IMG/VR virus record: IMGVR_UViG_3300048770_000009 | Location: 1-58,114 of that record | Source: a virus | Taxonomy: Duplodnaviria; Caudoviricetes | Direction: 5' to 3' (one strand) | DNA length: 58,114 nucleotides | Part shown: positions 1-9,463 of the stretch, piece after piece | Layout: the number at the start of each line of letters is the position of its first letter | Position numbering within the stretch: position 1 is the first letter of the stretch | Program-made: the position numbers and the translations under genes | Notes under the pieces: generated by a model | Seen by the model: the letters and a program-made list of their open reading frames with translations, nothing else | What the model was told of the DNA's origin: nothing | The model's database searches: none

Positions 1-3000
1 TACTCTGCGGCCATCTTGCCGTTAGAGACAAATGCGATACGGTCCATCGGCAGACTACTTCCCCAAAGCAAAACTGAACCTCACCCTGCCATATTGCTGA
101 ATGCTAACTCTTATGCGATCATCCACAAAGGTATAGGCATAGGTGGGACACAGTGGGATGGTATAACACTGACCGGCGATCACATCACCGCTTTGGTGGA
201 TGGTCTTATTCGGAAAGCGGAAGAATCTAACAGCATCCAAGGACGTAGGAATCTGGCTGAGATTGCCAAGCGTATCGTTGAGGCGTCTCGTGAAGGTCAC
301 AGGATCATTCTTTACGCTGGAGAACCACGCCCTGACACGGTAATGGAGGAGCAATTTCACGGATGGCAAGTTTCCACCGGAGTTCATATAATCAAGGCAG
401 TTCAGGATGCAGTTCTAAATACGCCGGTGGGATCTGCATTCGCGGAGGCTTTAACCAAAGCCGGGAACAAGCCTACTCGTGCAGTTTTAGCTTCTGAGGT
501 AGCAGCCAAAGCCGTTACTGGTACGATGTTAGAAGATGGTTTTACCGAGAATCAGCGCGGGGAAGTTCTCAAAACCTACTTCGATGCAATAGCGCAGCAT
601 TCGCCAAATTCGCTCGATAACCTTCCCGCGATAAGCGATGAGGCGCGGCAAGCGATTCAATCAGCAAAGGAGCAATATGGAAAAGTCACGGACAACGATA
701 GTACCGGAGCACATGGTTTACATGAACCCGGAGGAAGACCCATTCAGAAGGGCGATGAAAGCGGCGGCAAGGAAACTGAATTGGGACAAGGACGACACGG
801 TGATCTTCTCGACGCCAGAGCAGGGACCGACCGTGGAGGGCGTCCGAAAGATGATGGAGATGACCAGGCAACTGGAAAAGAAACACTCACGCAACGCGCC
901 GAATCAAAGCAACCCACAGCCGGAGCCAGCGACCGCGCAGGCGTAGGCAAGCTCGGCGACCTGGGCACGAAGTTCTACTCCGGCTTTGGCGACCCCCAAC
1001 TCTTCAACCGCCTATTCCCCGACATCGGCGACCGCATGGCGGACTGGCTCTCCGACGCCCCAGGCCACGGTGACACCCAGCGCGCTATGATGCGCGAGAC
1101 GCGCGGCGAGATGGACCGTAAGGTCGCTATCGCCATTCACAAACTCAAGGACGCATCGAAGGAGTGGCGCACCCGTACCCGCGATGACTCCATGAAGTTC
1201 TGGAACGCCGTCGAGTCCGGAACGGTGGACACGCTGGCACCCAGAGACCAGGCTCTCGCCAATCTCTTCAAGGGCGCGTTCGACTCTGTGCGCGGCCAAC
1301 TCCAGGCGCTCAAGCCCGAAGTTCTTCAAGACTACATCGAGAATTACTTCCCGCATATCTGGGAGCGCCCGTCGCAGGTATCGGCCACCATCAAGGCGCT
1401 CATCACCGGCAAGAAGCCGTTCGCGGGAAAAGGATCATTCCTCAAGCAGCGCACCATCCCGACCATGCAGGACGGCATCGACCTTGGATTCAAGCCGGTC
1501 AGTTGGAATCCTGTCGATTCGTTCCTGACCAAGTACGCGGAGATGGCGCAGTTCTTGATGGGTCACCAAACATTGAAGATGATGCAGGACTCCGGCACGG
1601 CGAAGATGGTCCGCATTGGCAAGCAGCCGCCCGAGGGCTGGACCCAACTCGACGACCGCATCGGGACCGTCCAGAACTATGACGACGAGGGCCATCTCTA
1701 CATTCGCGGCCACTATTACGCGCCCGCCGAGGCCGCCCGCATCTTCAACAACTTTGTTTCTCGCGGCATGGCTGGCCGCTCCACCATCTACGACACGCTC
1801 AACTGGGCCAATCAGAACCTCAACGCTCTCCAGCTTGGCATCTCGGCCTTCCATGCTTCGACCACGAGCATCAATGCTGCGACCTCTGACGTTGCCCTGG
1901 GCATCCAGCAACTCGCCGAGGGTAAACCCCTGCGCGCGGGGTTATCGCTCGCCAAGGGCGCATCTGTCTTTCCGTCGCTGCTGCATACGATGGTCAATGG
2001 CTCCCGGCTCATGCGCGAATATCTGACCCCCGGAAGCTACGCAAAGATGGCCGAGGAAGCGAAAGCATTGGCATCAGCCGGCGGCCGTATTCGCCAGAAC
2101 ACCATCGAACTCAAACCGCTCGGCAAGGTTATCAACGCATGGCGCAATGGTGCGGTACTGGAAGGCCTCACGCCGATCCCCGCAGCCATCCTCCATGCTG
2201 CGGTCGCGCCCGTCATGGACTTCTATGTGCCACGGATGAAACTCGGAGCCTTCTACGGCATGGCCCACGACATTCTCGACAGCGCCCAAAAGCAGGGCTG
2301 GAGCGAAGGGCTCACGCGGTCGAGGATGCAGGAAGCATGGGACTCGATAGACAACCGTTTCGGGCAGGTGGTCTATGACAATCTCTTCTGGCACAAGGGT
2401 GTCCGCGATGCCCTCAACCTTGCCACCCGCTCCGTAGGCTGGAACTTCGGAAGCTACCGAGAACTGGGCGGCGCAGTGGCCGACGTAGGGCGCCAAGCTG
2501 GACGCGCCGCCTCGGGTCAGATTCCACGAGTCACGCCGCGGCTGGCCTTCGGTATCGCCCTTCCCTTGGTGAGCGCGCTATTCGGCGGCATCCTCAGCTA
2601 CCTATGGACTGGCAAGCGCCCGCAGACGTGGAAGGATTACTTTTACCCCGAAACAGCCAATGGCCAACGGCACTCCATTCCCGGTTACATGAAGGATGTT
2701 TTCTCGTTCGCGCACGACCCCATCAAGACAGCGCTCAACAAGATGGCTCCCATTTGGGAAGCGACCGCCGAGGCCATCAACAACCGCGACTTCTACGGAA
2801 CGGAGATCCGGCACAAAGACGACCCGCTCATGGCGCAACTTGGCCAGTTCTCCCGCTGGGCTGGAAGTCAGGCGGTCCCGTTCTCTGTCTCTGGCGCTGC
2901 GAAATTACTCCAGCAACGCGGGGCCGGGCCATCTCTGCAAGAGATGCTGCAAGAGGCAAAGAAGCACCCCGGCGACGTGGCGCTTGGCCAACTTGGATTC

Positions 3001-3474
3001 CAGCCCGCCCCGGCGTTTATCCAGAACAGCGAAGCCATCAACCAGGCTCGGCAGTATTCTATGGAGAACCGGCCACCGGGCACCAAAACGCAGGACCAGG
3101 CCGCGCACTATGCCGCCCTCGACGCGGTTGTCCGCATGTACCGAGAGGACGAGGTTGACCAAAAGCAGATCGACAAGTACGTGGACGAGGGCAAGCTCAC
3201 CGACAAGGATGTGGCCAAAGCTGAGCGAGAGTCCGACGAGGAGCCTATCGCGCGCGCCGTCAAGAACCTCACCATTGAGCAGATGCTAAATGTATGGGCC
3301 AAGGCAACCGCCGACGAACGTGAAGCCATGGAGCCTATTCTGGAGCGCCACGAGAAGGACATCGACAAAGTGGCTGACGACGAGCAGCGAGAGAAGCTCT
3401 ACGATGCTTTCGATAAAGCTATGGGGCAGACGGACACAGCCCCAGCCACGACATCCGGAAAGGGCGTCATCTGA
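1..3474 (+). CDS. Large virion/internal (ejection-type) protein, 5'-truncated
   Basis: Frame is open from base 1 (>1150 aa), helical and Ala-rich, and lies directly upstream of the terminase genes with a TGATG overlap. The function is inferred from size and position only. Confidence 0.55.
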   Translation, partial: YSAAILPLETNAIRSIGRLLPQSKTEPHPAILLNANSYAIIHKGIGIGGTQWDGITLTGDHITALVDGLIRKAEESNSIQGRRNLAEIAKRIVEASREGHRIILYAGEPRPDTVMEEQFHGWQVSTGVHIIKAVQDAVLNTPVGSAFAEALTKAGNKPTRAVLASEVAAKAVTGTMLEDGFTENQRGEVLKTYFDAIAQHSPNSLDNLPAISDEARQAIQSAKEQYGKVTDNDSTGAHGLHEPGGRPIQKGDESGGKETELGQGRHGDLLDARAGTDRGGRPKDDGDDQATGKETLTQRAESKQPTAGASDRAGVGKLGDLGTKFYSGFGDPQLFNRLFPDIGDRMADWLSDAPGHGDTQRAMMRETRGEMDRKVAIAIHKLKDASKEWRTRTRDDSMKFWNAVESGTVDTLAPRDQALANLFKGAFDSVRGQLQALKPEVLQDYIENYFPHIWERPSQVSATIKALITGKKPFAGKGSFLKQRTIPTMQDGIDLGFKPVSWNPVDSFLTKYAEMAQFLMGHQTLKMMQDSGTAKMVRIGKQPPEGWTQLDDRIGTVQNYDDEGHLYIRGHYYAPAEAARIFNNFVSRGMAGRSTIYDTLNWANQNLNALQLGISAFHASTTSINAATSDVALGIQQLAEGKPLRAGLSLAKGASVFPSLLHTMVNGSRLMREYLTPGSYAKMAEEAKALASAGGRIRQNTIELKPLGKVINAWRNGAVLEGLTPIPAAILHAAVAPVMDFYVPRMKLGAFYGMAHDILDSAQKQGWSEGLTRSRMQEAWDSIDNRFGQVVYDNLFWHKGVRDALNLATRSVGWNFGSYRELGGAVADVGRQAGRAASGQIPRVTPRLAFGIALPLVSALFGGILSYLWTGKRPQTWKDYFYPETANGQRHSIPGYMKDVFSFAHDPIKTALNKMAPIWEATAEAINNRDFYGTEIRHKDDPLMAQLGQFSRWAGSQAVPFSVSGAAKLLQQRGAGPSLQEMLQEAKKHPGDVALGQLGFQPAPAFIQNSEAINQARQYSMENRPPGTKTQDQAAHYAALDAVVRMYREDEVDQKQIDKYVDEGKLTDKDVAKAERESDEEPIARAVKNLTIEQMLNVWAKATADEREAMEPILERHEKDIDKVADDEQREKLYDAFDKAMGQTDTAPATTSGKGVI

Positions 3475-4088
3475 TGGAAACCCAGATCATCGCACCGCCG
3501 CTGTCGGCGGACGAATACAAATTCGTTGACGCCTACTGCGCCTGCCGGGACGTGTCCAAGGCCGCCGTCGAGGCTGGATTCCCGTCGAAGGCTGGCTCGG
3601 GCCTCTACCGCCGCAAGGCTGTCCACGACGAAATCACCCGGCGCATGGAAAACATCACGTCCGAAGTGAACCTCCAGATCGTCAAGAAGCGGCTTATCAA
3701 TGTCGAGATGCTGGACGCCAACCTCAAGCAGGTAATCACCATCCCCCGCAAGACGCTGATGGAAACGCCATCGCTGGCTACCCCCAAAGTCAACGCTATC
3801 GAGATGGGTTACAAGCGCATCGGGTTGCTGCTCGATGACAACTTTGTGCCGGACGCCAGCAGCGGGCCAAGCAAAGATGAGACCCCGCGCATCTACCGCC
3901 CGGCCGAGCAGACCATCATCACGCACCAGATCACCGAGACCCGGCAGGTGGTGACTAACCGCGCGCCGCAGTCCACCGTGCAGGAGCGCATCCGGCAGGG
4001 CTTCCAGCCGCCGACAGGCTACGCCCCCACGCCAACGCCCGAGCCGACAGCCTTTGAACCTGATGAAGACCCTTGGAAGGACTTCTAA
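3474..4088 (+). CDS. terS: Terminase small subunit
   Basis: N-terminal HTH pattern EYKFVDAYCACRDVSKAAVEAGF typical of TerS; immediately upstream of TerL. Confidence 0.8.
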   Translation: METQIIAPPLSADEYKFVDAYCACRDVSKAAVEAGFPSKAGSGLYRRKAVHDEITRRMENITSEVNLQIVKKRLINVEMLDANLKQVITIPRKTLMETPSLATPKVNAIEMGYKRIGLLLDDNFVPDASSGPSKDETPRIYRPAEQTIITHQITETRQVVTNRAPQSTVQERIRQGFQPPTGYAPTPTPEPTAFEPDEDPWKDF

Positions 4089-4091
4089 CCT

Positions 4092-5633
4092 ATGGGCCTG
4101 ATCATTCTTGAAGATCGCGGCCTCCTGCCGCTCCCTGCCAATGTTACGGAGGTCAGTGGGTGGGCTCCAAACAGTTCCCCGCAACTCACAGCCATCGAAA
4201 GCCGCGCGCAGTTTGTGCTGTATGGTGGAGCATCGGGCGGCGGCAAGTCGAACTGGCTGGTAGCGGACTCCGCCCAAGAGTACGATAACCCCCGGTTCCG
4301 CGGCATTCTGCTCCGCAAGTCCTACACCGAAATGACCAACCTCATGGACGAGATGGAGCGCATCTACTCGCCCTTGGGCGGCCGGAAGTCCGACGGCGGC
4401 AAGCTCTGGAAGTTCCCATCCGGCGCCATGATGCGCCTGGGGTACATGGCCAGCGACAAGGACGTTGAACTCTACACCGGAAAACCTATCTCCTGGCTGG
4501 GCATTGATGAGGCGCAGTTTCAGACGGAGGAGCGCGTCCGCTCCTTGCTGCCATGGGTGTCTACCCCGACAGAGTACGGTCTCAGAGATCGCGTGAGGCT
4601 CACCGCGAACCCCTCGACGCCCTGGCTGCGGCATGTGTTCCTGAATAGTGAATGCCCAGTCTGCCATCCTGAGCGGTGCGTGAAGCCTGCGGCGGTCTAC
4701 GCTGGCGCCACATGGAAGAAAGACTTGATGCCCGTCATGATGACGACGGCCTTCATTCCAGCGCTACTCAAAGACAATCCAGCCTACGATGAGCGCAAGC
4801 TCGCCATGCTGATGTCGCAGACAGCCGACATTCAAAAGAAGCTGATCGCCGGCTGCTGGTGCCATACAGAGGGAGCATTCTTCCCGTTCCTCAACGAGAG
4901 TTACATCCTGCCTTACTCTGAGTGCCGTGAAGAATGGTGGCATCTGCACCTGATTGTCATGGATTACGGCATATCTAGATCGGCGGCGGCGACGGGCCTT
5001 TACTTCCTGAATGAAGCCAATCGCATGTTCAAGATCGGCGAAGACATCGAACGGAAGATGTACTCCGAAGATTACGCCCACCATGTTCGGAAGAAGTTCC
5101 TGGAGCGGGAGCTTGGTGGACACCGTACCCGCATCATCACCGGCTACTGCGACCCCGCCATGGATGCCCACACCGGCACCGGCAGGAGCAACCGAGAAAT
5201 CATCCAAGAGGTCTTCGACCAGTGCGGGCTAACTCTCATGAGCGCGGCCAAGGATAGCATCGGCAATGCTCAGTCTCTCGCCGGAAGGCTCACGCGCGGG
5301 GAGTTTGTTTACACCGACCTTACCCCAAACAGCTTCGAGGCCGCCGTTAGCCGCAAGCATGACCCAGACCGCCCTGGGGCCATCCTCAAGATCAAGGGAG
5401 ATGAGTTAGATGATTGCATCGACTGCGACCTCTATACCAACACCTGGCTAACTGGCGACCGCAAGCCCGATGAGATCGTCACCGAGGAGAAGATACAGGC
5501 GCTCATCGCGGCTGGCGTGGATCAGCGGTCTATCATGGTAACCCGGCACCGGATGGAGCGGGAAAACGAGAAGAAGGGTGCGCCCATTACGATGGGTAGG
5601 CCGTCGCTGAATCGAGCACAGATACATCGTTGA
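4092..5633 (+). CDS. terL: Terminase large subunit
   Basis: Walker A YGGASGGGKS, Walker B LGIDEAQ, coupling motif LTANP, RNase H-like nuclease acidic motifs (VMDYG, DDCID). Confidence 0.93.
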   Translation: MGLIILEDRGLLPLPANVTEVSGWAPNSSPQLTAIESRAQFVLYGGASGGGKSNWLVADSAQEYDNPRFRGILLRKSYTEMTNLMDEMERIYSPLGGRKSDGGKLWKFPSGAMMRLGYMASDKDVELYTGKPISWLGIDEAQFQTEERVRSLLPWVSTPTEYGLRDRVRLTANPSTPWLRHVFLNSECPVCHPERCVKPAAVYAGATWKKDLMPVMMTTAFIPALLKDNPAYDERKLAMLMSQTADIQKKLIAGCWCHTEGAFFPFLNESYILPYSECREEWWHLHLIVMDYGISRSAAATGLYFLNEANRMFKIGEDIERKMYSEDYAHHVRKKFLERELGGHRTRIITGYCDPAMDAHTGTGRSNREIIQEVFDQCGLTLMSAAKDSIGNAQSLAGRLTRGEFVYTDLTPNSFEAAVSRKHDPDRPGAILKIKGDELDDCIDCDLYTNTWLTGDRKPDEIVTEEKIQALIAAGVDQRSIMVTRHRMERENEKKGAPITMGRPSLNRAQIHR

Positions 5634-5636
5634 AGT

Positions 5637-6170
5637 TCATGCTTTCTCTACCTCTAACCGCGGCCATCCGTGAGAGCGCAGAGTTACCCAGATCGGAACC
5701 AGACCTTGATCTTTGAACCTGCCAGGACGCCGGTACTCTCGGCCAAACTCTTCTTTCCATAGATCGAAGTTCTCGCGCATCGGGAATACGCCGCAGGGGA
5801 AAAGCTCCATACAGCGCAGCGCTAACTGGTCTTCGCTGCCTACGATGTCCCAGCGCAGTTTGTGGTCATCCCTCTGGCCAAGAATCCGCAGATACGCCCA
5901 CCACCCCATATAAGCAAAGCCGAACAGACCTGGCTGGTAGAAGGTCCAGAGATAGGCCGCCCGGCGCACTGGCGTTTCCACGGTCTCAACTTGGCGAAGA
6001 TGCTCGCGTTGCCTCTTGATGCGCTCGGCTTTGAGTTGGGCGTAGGTGACGAACTCCAGACGGCCGCCGTAGTTTGTGGCGTACTTAACGCCGCGCGGGA
6101 GGAAACTGCCAGTCTTTCTGACCCGCTCGATCATGTTCAATCCGTCGTCTACTACCGCGCTGGCTTTCAC
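5637..6170 (-). CDS. Hypothetical protein
   Basis: ORF track 5637..6194. The likely start is GTG at 6170, overlapping the stop of the groEL relic (GTGA). Confidence 0.6.
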   Translation of the reverse strand: MKASAVVDDGLNMIERVRKTGSFLPRGVKYATNYGGRLEFVTYAQLKAERIKRQREHLRQVETVETPVRRAAYLWTFYQPGLFGFAYMGWWAYLRILGQRDDHKLRWDIVGSEDQLALRCMELFPCGVFPMRENFDLWKEEFGREYRRPGRFKDQGLVPIWVTLRSHGWPRLEVEKA

Positions 6171-6274
6171 TTCTTCTGCTCCGGCCACGTGCAAACCATG
6201 GCCTCGGTGGTCAACAGTAGGGCTGCAACGTTGGCAGCATTCTGGAGAGCGCAGCGGCAGACCTTGCTGCTCAT
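6167..6274 (-). pseudogene. groEL: Displaced original groEL 3' end (35-aa mini-ORF MSSKVCRCALQNAANVAALLLTTEAMVCTWPEQKK)
   Basis: 21 of 33 aligned residues are identical to the C-terminus of the intact GroEL at 6869-6967. ATGA and GTGA overlaps with both neighbours. Confidence 0.85.
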
Positions 6275-6813
6275 ACTAACCTCGCGTATTCTCCGTGCAA
6301 TTCAAGCGCGGCGGGAACATAAAGTTCCTCATATGCGGCCTTTGCGGTAAGCCGATAGCCTAAGTTCTTCCGCTTGCCGTGGACCCGAATCCCGGCGGCG
6401 TACATCTGTAGTCGTTTATAGAAAGAAACACCTTTGTACCCACTTGTGTTGTTTTTGAACTTGCGGCGATTGCACGCACTCTGGTGTTGATCGACGATGC
6501 GCAAATTCTCGCGTCGGTTGTCTAGGGTGTCCGCTGGACGAATGTGATCCCCCTCGCGCGGATCTCCGTAGTGTAGGCCAAGAATTAACCTATGCATCCT
6601 TAATCTCGTTCTGCGACCGTTCGGAAGGACGATGTTACTGATCGCATAAACGATTCCCTTAGAATCCTTGCAGGCAGACCACGAGAACGTCATAAGCCAT
6701 TCGTAGTTATCTGCGTCAACGATAGCCACAAGGTTGTGTGTGAGTGGAATGTAGCGATAGGATGTATAAAGCGGCTGGACGACCGACATCCTCGGTTGGG
6801 GTTTACCTGCCAT
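6271..6813 (-). CDS. HNH homing endonuclease with AP2 DNA-binding domain
   Basis: MHRLIL...GDHIRPADTLDNRRENLR (HNH) followed by NNTSGYKGV...GIRVHGKRKNLGY (AP2). RBS GAGGTG precedes ATG 6813. Confidence 0.9.
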   Translation of the reverse strand: MAGKPQPRMSVVQPLYTSYRYIPLTHNLVAIVDADNYEWLMTFSWSACKDSKGIVYAISNIVLPNGRRTRLRMHRLILGLHYGDPREGDHIRPADTLDNRRENLRIVDQHQSACNRRKFKNNTSGYKGVSFYKRLQMYAAGIRVHGKRKNLGYRLTAKAAYEELYVPAALELHGEYARLV

Positions 6814-6868
6814 GATCTCACCTCGAATGAGATTGTGCGCACTGGCCGCGCACAACCCCATTCTATCA

Positions 6869-8548
6869 CTATTTCTTGTCTGGAAACGAGGCAACCATAG
6901 CCTGCGTTGTAAGTAACAGCGCACTGACTGAGGCCGCATTTTGTAAGCTACACCGAACGACACGCGCCGGGTCGATAACTCCAGTCTCCACCAAATTCTC
7001 AAATCTATCGGTGGCAGCGTTCCACCCAGCCTGGCTGTCCTCCAAAGGTTTAGAGGTATCGGATTGCCGACACCAGTAAGATATTGACCACCATCTGGCG
7101 CGTCTCCTATCCACTTTGCCGCGGTTCACGTTCACGATGAAGTCAGTCTCTTCCTGGCTCATTCCGGCATTGGCGGCGATCTGGCGCGTGGGAGATTCAA
7201 GCGCAGCAAGCACGATCTGAGCACCGAGCTTCTCGTCGCCTGCCAGCATATCGATCTGAGCCTGTAGCGCGTCAGTGCATAGGAGCAGCGCCTTACCGCC
7301 GCCAGGGACGATGCCTTCCATGACAGCCGAGCGCGTGGCGCAAACAGCGTCGTCCACTCTGTCCTTGCGCTCCCGCATCTCCCCTTCTGTGACAGCCCCC
7401 ACCTTGATAACTGCCACCCCGGACGCCAGCCGCGCCAGCCTCTGCTTGAGCCGCTCCCGGTCAAGGTCGTTCTCGGTCGAGTCAATCAGCGATCGCAGGA
7501 GCGTCATGCGGCTGTTCTTGCCCTCCTCGTCGCCATACCCCCCGGCAATCGTGGTGAAGCTCTGCCCCACCGTGACGCGCACGGCCCGCCCAAGGTCGTC
7601 CATGGTCACCGTAGACAGCGGCCTGCCGCAGTCCTCTGTGAAAGCGTAGGCGCCTGTCACGAGAGCCATGTCCTCCAGCATCGCCCGGCGCAGATCCCCG
7701 AAGGCTGGAGCCTTCACCGCAACCGACCGCAACACCCCAAGTTGGTTGTTGTGGATCAGCGAGATCACAAACGGTTGGTCGAAGTCTCCAGCGATGATGA
7801 GTACCGGCCTGCCGGACTGCCCCACTTGGGCCAGCACCGTGTCCAGTTCCGGCGTCATGGTGAACAGCTTGCGCTCGGTGAGCAGGATGTAGGGCTCATT
7901 GAGAACCGCTTCCAGGCGCTCGGGGTCGGTGATGAACGGGTACGCCAGCCAGCCGCGGTCGATCTGCATCCCCTCGACCACCTGCAGCGTGGTCTCCGCG
8001 TCCGTGGATTCCCCGATGGTGATAACGCCATCCCGGCCGACACGCTTCATGGCGTCGGCTATCAGCTCGCCGATGGAGCGGTCGCCGTTCGAGGAGATGG
8101 TGCCCACACGCACGATGGTTTCATCGTCCTGCACCGGCTGGGCAATGCTCTTGATGTGGTCTGTGACGACCGTCACAGCAGCGTCGATGCCACGCTTGAG
8201 GGCTACGGGGTTCGCTCCGGATGCAAGGCAGGCCAGCCCCTTCTGGTAGATCACTTGGGCCAGCAGCGTGGCCGTGGTGGTGCCGTCGCCCGCCTGGTCG
8301 CTTGTTTTGCTGGCGGCCTCGCGGATGAGGTTGGCGCCGGCGTTCTCGTAGGGGTCGGCCAGGTCGCGGACTTCCTTCGCCACAGTCACGCCGTCCTTGG
8401 TAACGACTGGCGGCCACATGGGATTGCGTTCAAGGATGACGTTGCGGCCCTTGGGCCCCAGTGTGCAGGTGACCGCATCGGCCAGCGTGTTGACGCCGCG
8501 CAGGATCGCCTGCCGGATTTCATCGCCCTTCATGATCTTTCTGCTCAA
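6869..8548 (-). CDS. groEL: Chaperonin GroEL (Cpn60)
   Basis: TLGPKGRNV, TKDGVTVAKE, GDGTTTAT, VEGMQIDRG, AVKAPAFGD, GIVPGGG. TTG start at 8548 with GGAGG RBS. No GGM tail. Confidence 0.97.
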   Translation of the reverse strand: MSRKIMKGDEIRQAILRGVNTLADAVTCTLGPKGRNVILERNPMWPPVVTKDGVTVAKEVRDLADPYENAGANLIREAASKTSDQAGDGTTTATLLAQVIYQKGLACLASGANPVALKRGIDAAVTVVTDHIKSIAQPVQDDETIVRVGTISSNGDRSIGELIADAMKRVGRDGVITIGESTDAETTLQVVEGMQIDRGWLAYPFITDPERLEAVLNEPYILLTERKLFTMTPELDTVLAQVGQSGRPVLIIAGDFDQPFVISLIHNNQLGVLRSVAVKAPAFGDLRRAMLEDMALVTGAYAFTEDCGRPLSTVTMDDLGRAVRVTVGQSFTTIAGGYGDEEGKNSRMTLLRSLIDSTENDLDRERLKQRLARLASGVAVIKVGAVTEGEMRERKDRVDDAVCATRSAVMEGIVPGGGKALLLCTDALQAQIDMLAGDEKLGAQIVLAALESPTRQIAANAGMSQEETDFIVNVNRGKVDRRRARWWSISYWCRQSDTSKPLEDSQAGWNAATDRFENLVETGVIDPARVVRCSLQNAASVSALLLTTQAMVASFPDKK

Positions 8549-8736
8549 TTTATTACCTCCGGTGGTCCTTCGATTAAATCCCACTCCCAATGGCAGTTGA
8601 AAGCTGATCTTGATCCTTCGGGGTCGCACTTGTAGATTCTGGTCCAGATTGTTCCATCGTCACATAGGGCCAGAAACTCGCCCTCGTACTCCGCCGTGGC
8701 CGGCGTCACCATAAGTTGAATGACTTTCCGTTTCAA
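8545..8736 (-). CDS. Small hypothetical protein between groES and groEL
   Basis: 63 aa (…FLALCDDGTIWTR…), with TTGA overlaps at both ends. Confidence 0.65.
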   Translation of the reverse strand: MKRKVIQLMVTPATAEYEGEFLALCDDGTIWTRIYKCDPEGSRSAFNCHWEWDLIEGPPEVIN

Positions 8737-9074
8737 CCCTCTACCTCCACGAGCTTCCCGTCCAACTCTTCGAGCCGGAGCAATAAGTGTTTGACTCCCA
8801 TGTGCATCACGTCGCGGCCGGCGTAGCGGGGGAACTGCACGCGGTCGCCGACTGCAACTCCAGATCCAAGAGCGAGACATCTCTCACCATTAACGTCGAG
8901 ATATTCCTCGTATTTTGCCTTCGGATTCTTGGCTGCCCTTGGCCCCGCCGCCACCACAATCCCCTCGGTGGGCTTCTCTTGCTCGCTCTGGGGCTTTGCC
9001 AGGCCCGTGGTCTTCGCTGGTGTTGCGTCGGGCAGCACCAGAACGCGGTCGCCGAATGGCTCGAATTGTCTCAC
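8733..9074 (-). CDS. groES: Co-chaperonin GroES (Cpn10)
   Basis: PFGDRVLV, EKPTEGIVVAAGP, VAVGDRVQFPRYAG; upstream of groEL. Confidence 0.92.
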   Translation of the reverse strand: MRQFEPFGDRVLVLPDATPAKTTGLAKPQSEQEKPTEGIVVAAGPRAAKNPKAKYEEYLDVNGERCLALGSGVAVGDRVQFPRYAGRDVMHMGVKHLLLRLEELDGKLVEVEG

Positions 9075-9077
9075 GGT

Positions 9078-9281
9078 TCAATCTCCTATCGCGGCGCGAA
9101 GCCGGATGTTATCGTCAATTTTTAGCCCCTCAGTTTCGATCGGTAATAGCTTCTCGGCCTTGAATTGGCGTATCCACAGTAAAGCGGATTCGTGCGACGG
9201 GAACTCCCGGCTGTCTAATCGTTCCCAATGGGTCCATCCCGAAGAGTACATAAAGATTGAAAATTCGATAAACCACTTCAT
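9078..9281 (-). CDS. Small hypothetical protein
   Basis: 67-aa ORF in a tightly packed operon, ATGA overlap with the upstream gene. Confidence 0.5.
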   Translation of the reverse strand: MKWFIEFSIFMYSSGWTHWERLDSREFPSHESALLWIRQFKAEKLLPIETEGLKIDDNIRLRAAIGD

Positions 9282-9463
9282 CCCATGTTCTCCTTCATCC
9301 CCGATATGCGCAGAATCGTAAACGAGTTAGGCCCGTTGGTAATGGCTCCGCACCTGTCGCCCGTCATTCGCTCCAGCATTTTGGCGACTTCCAGAGCAAA
9401 GCGCCTGTCGTAGATGGGTGACTTCCGGAGGTCCGCTGATACAAAGTTTGGCAACCCCTTCAT
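9278..9463 (-). CDS. Small hypothetical protein
   Basis: 61-aa ORF with ATGA overlaps. Confidence 0.5.
   Translation of the reverse strand: MKGLPNFVSADLRKSPIYDRRFALEVAKMLERMTGDRCGAITNGPNSFTILRISGMKENMG

Noticed and set aside
3399-4667. Long antisense ORFs (also 13332-14900, 19091-19903, 44090-45103, 50639-51664)
   Set aside because: Shadow frames of GC-rich genes on the opposite strand, with no motifs or RBS.
6271-6967. Group I intron in groEL joining to the downstream relic
   Set aside because: Only about 55 nt of non-coding sequence flank the HNH ORF, too little for a ribozyme core, and groEL is already complete.
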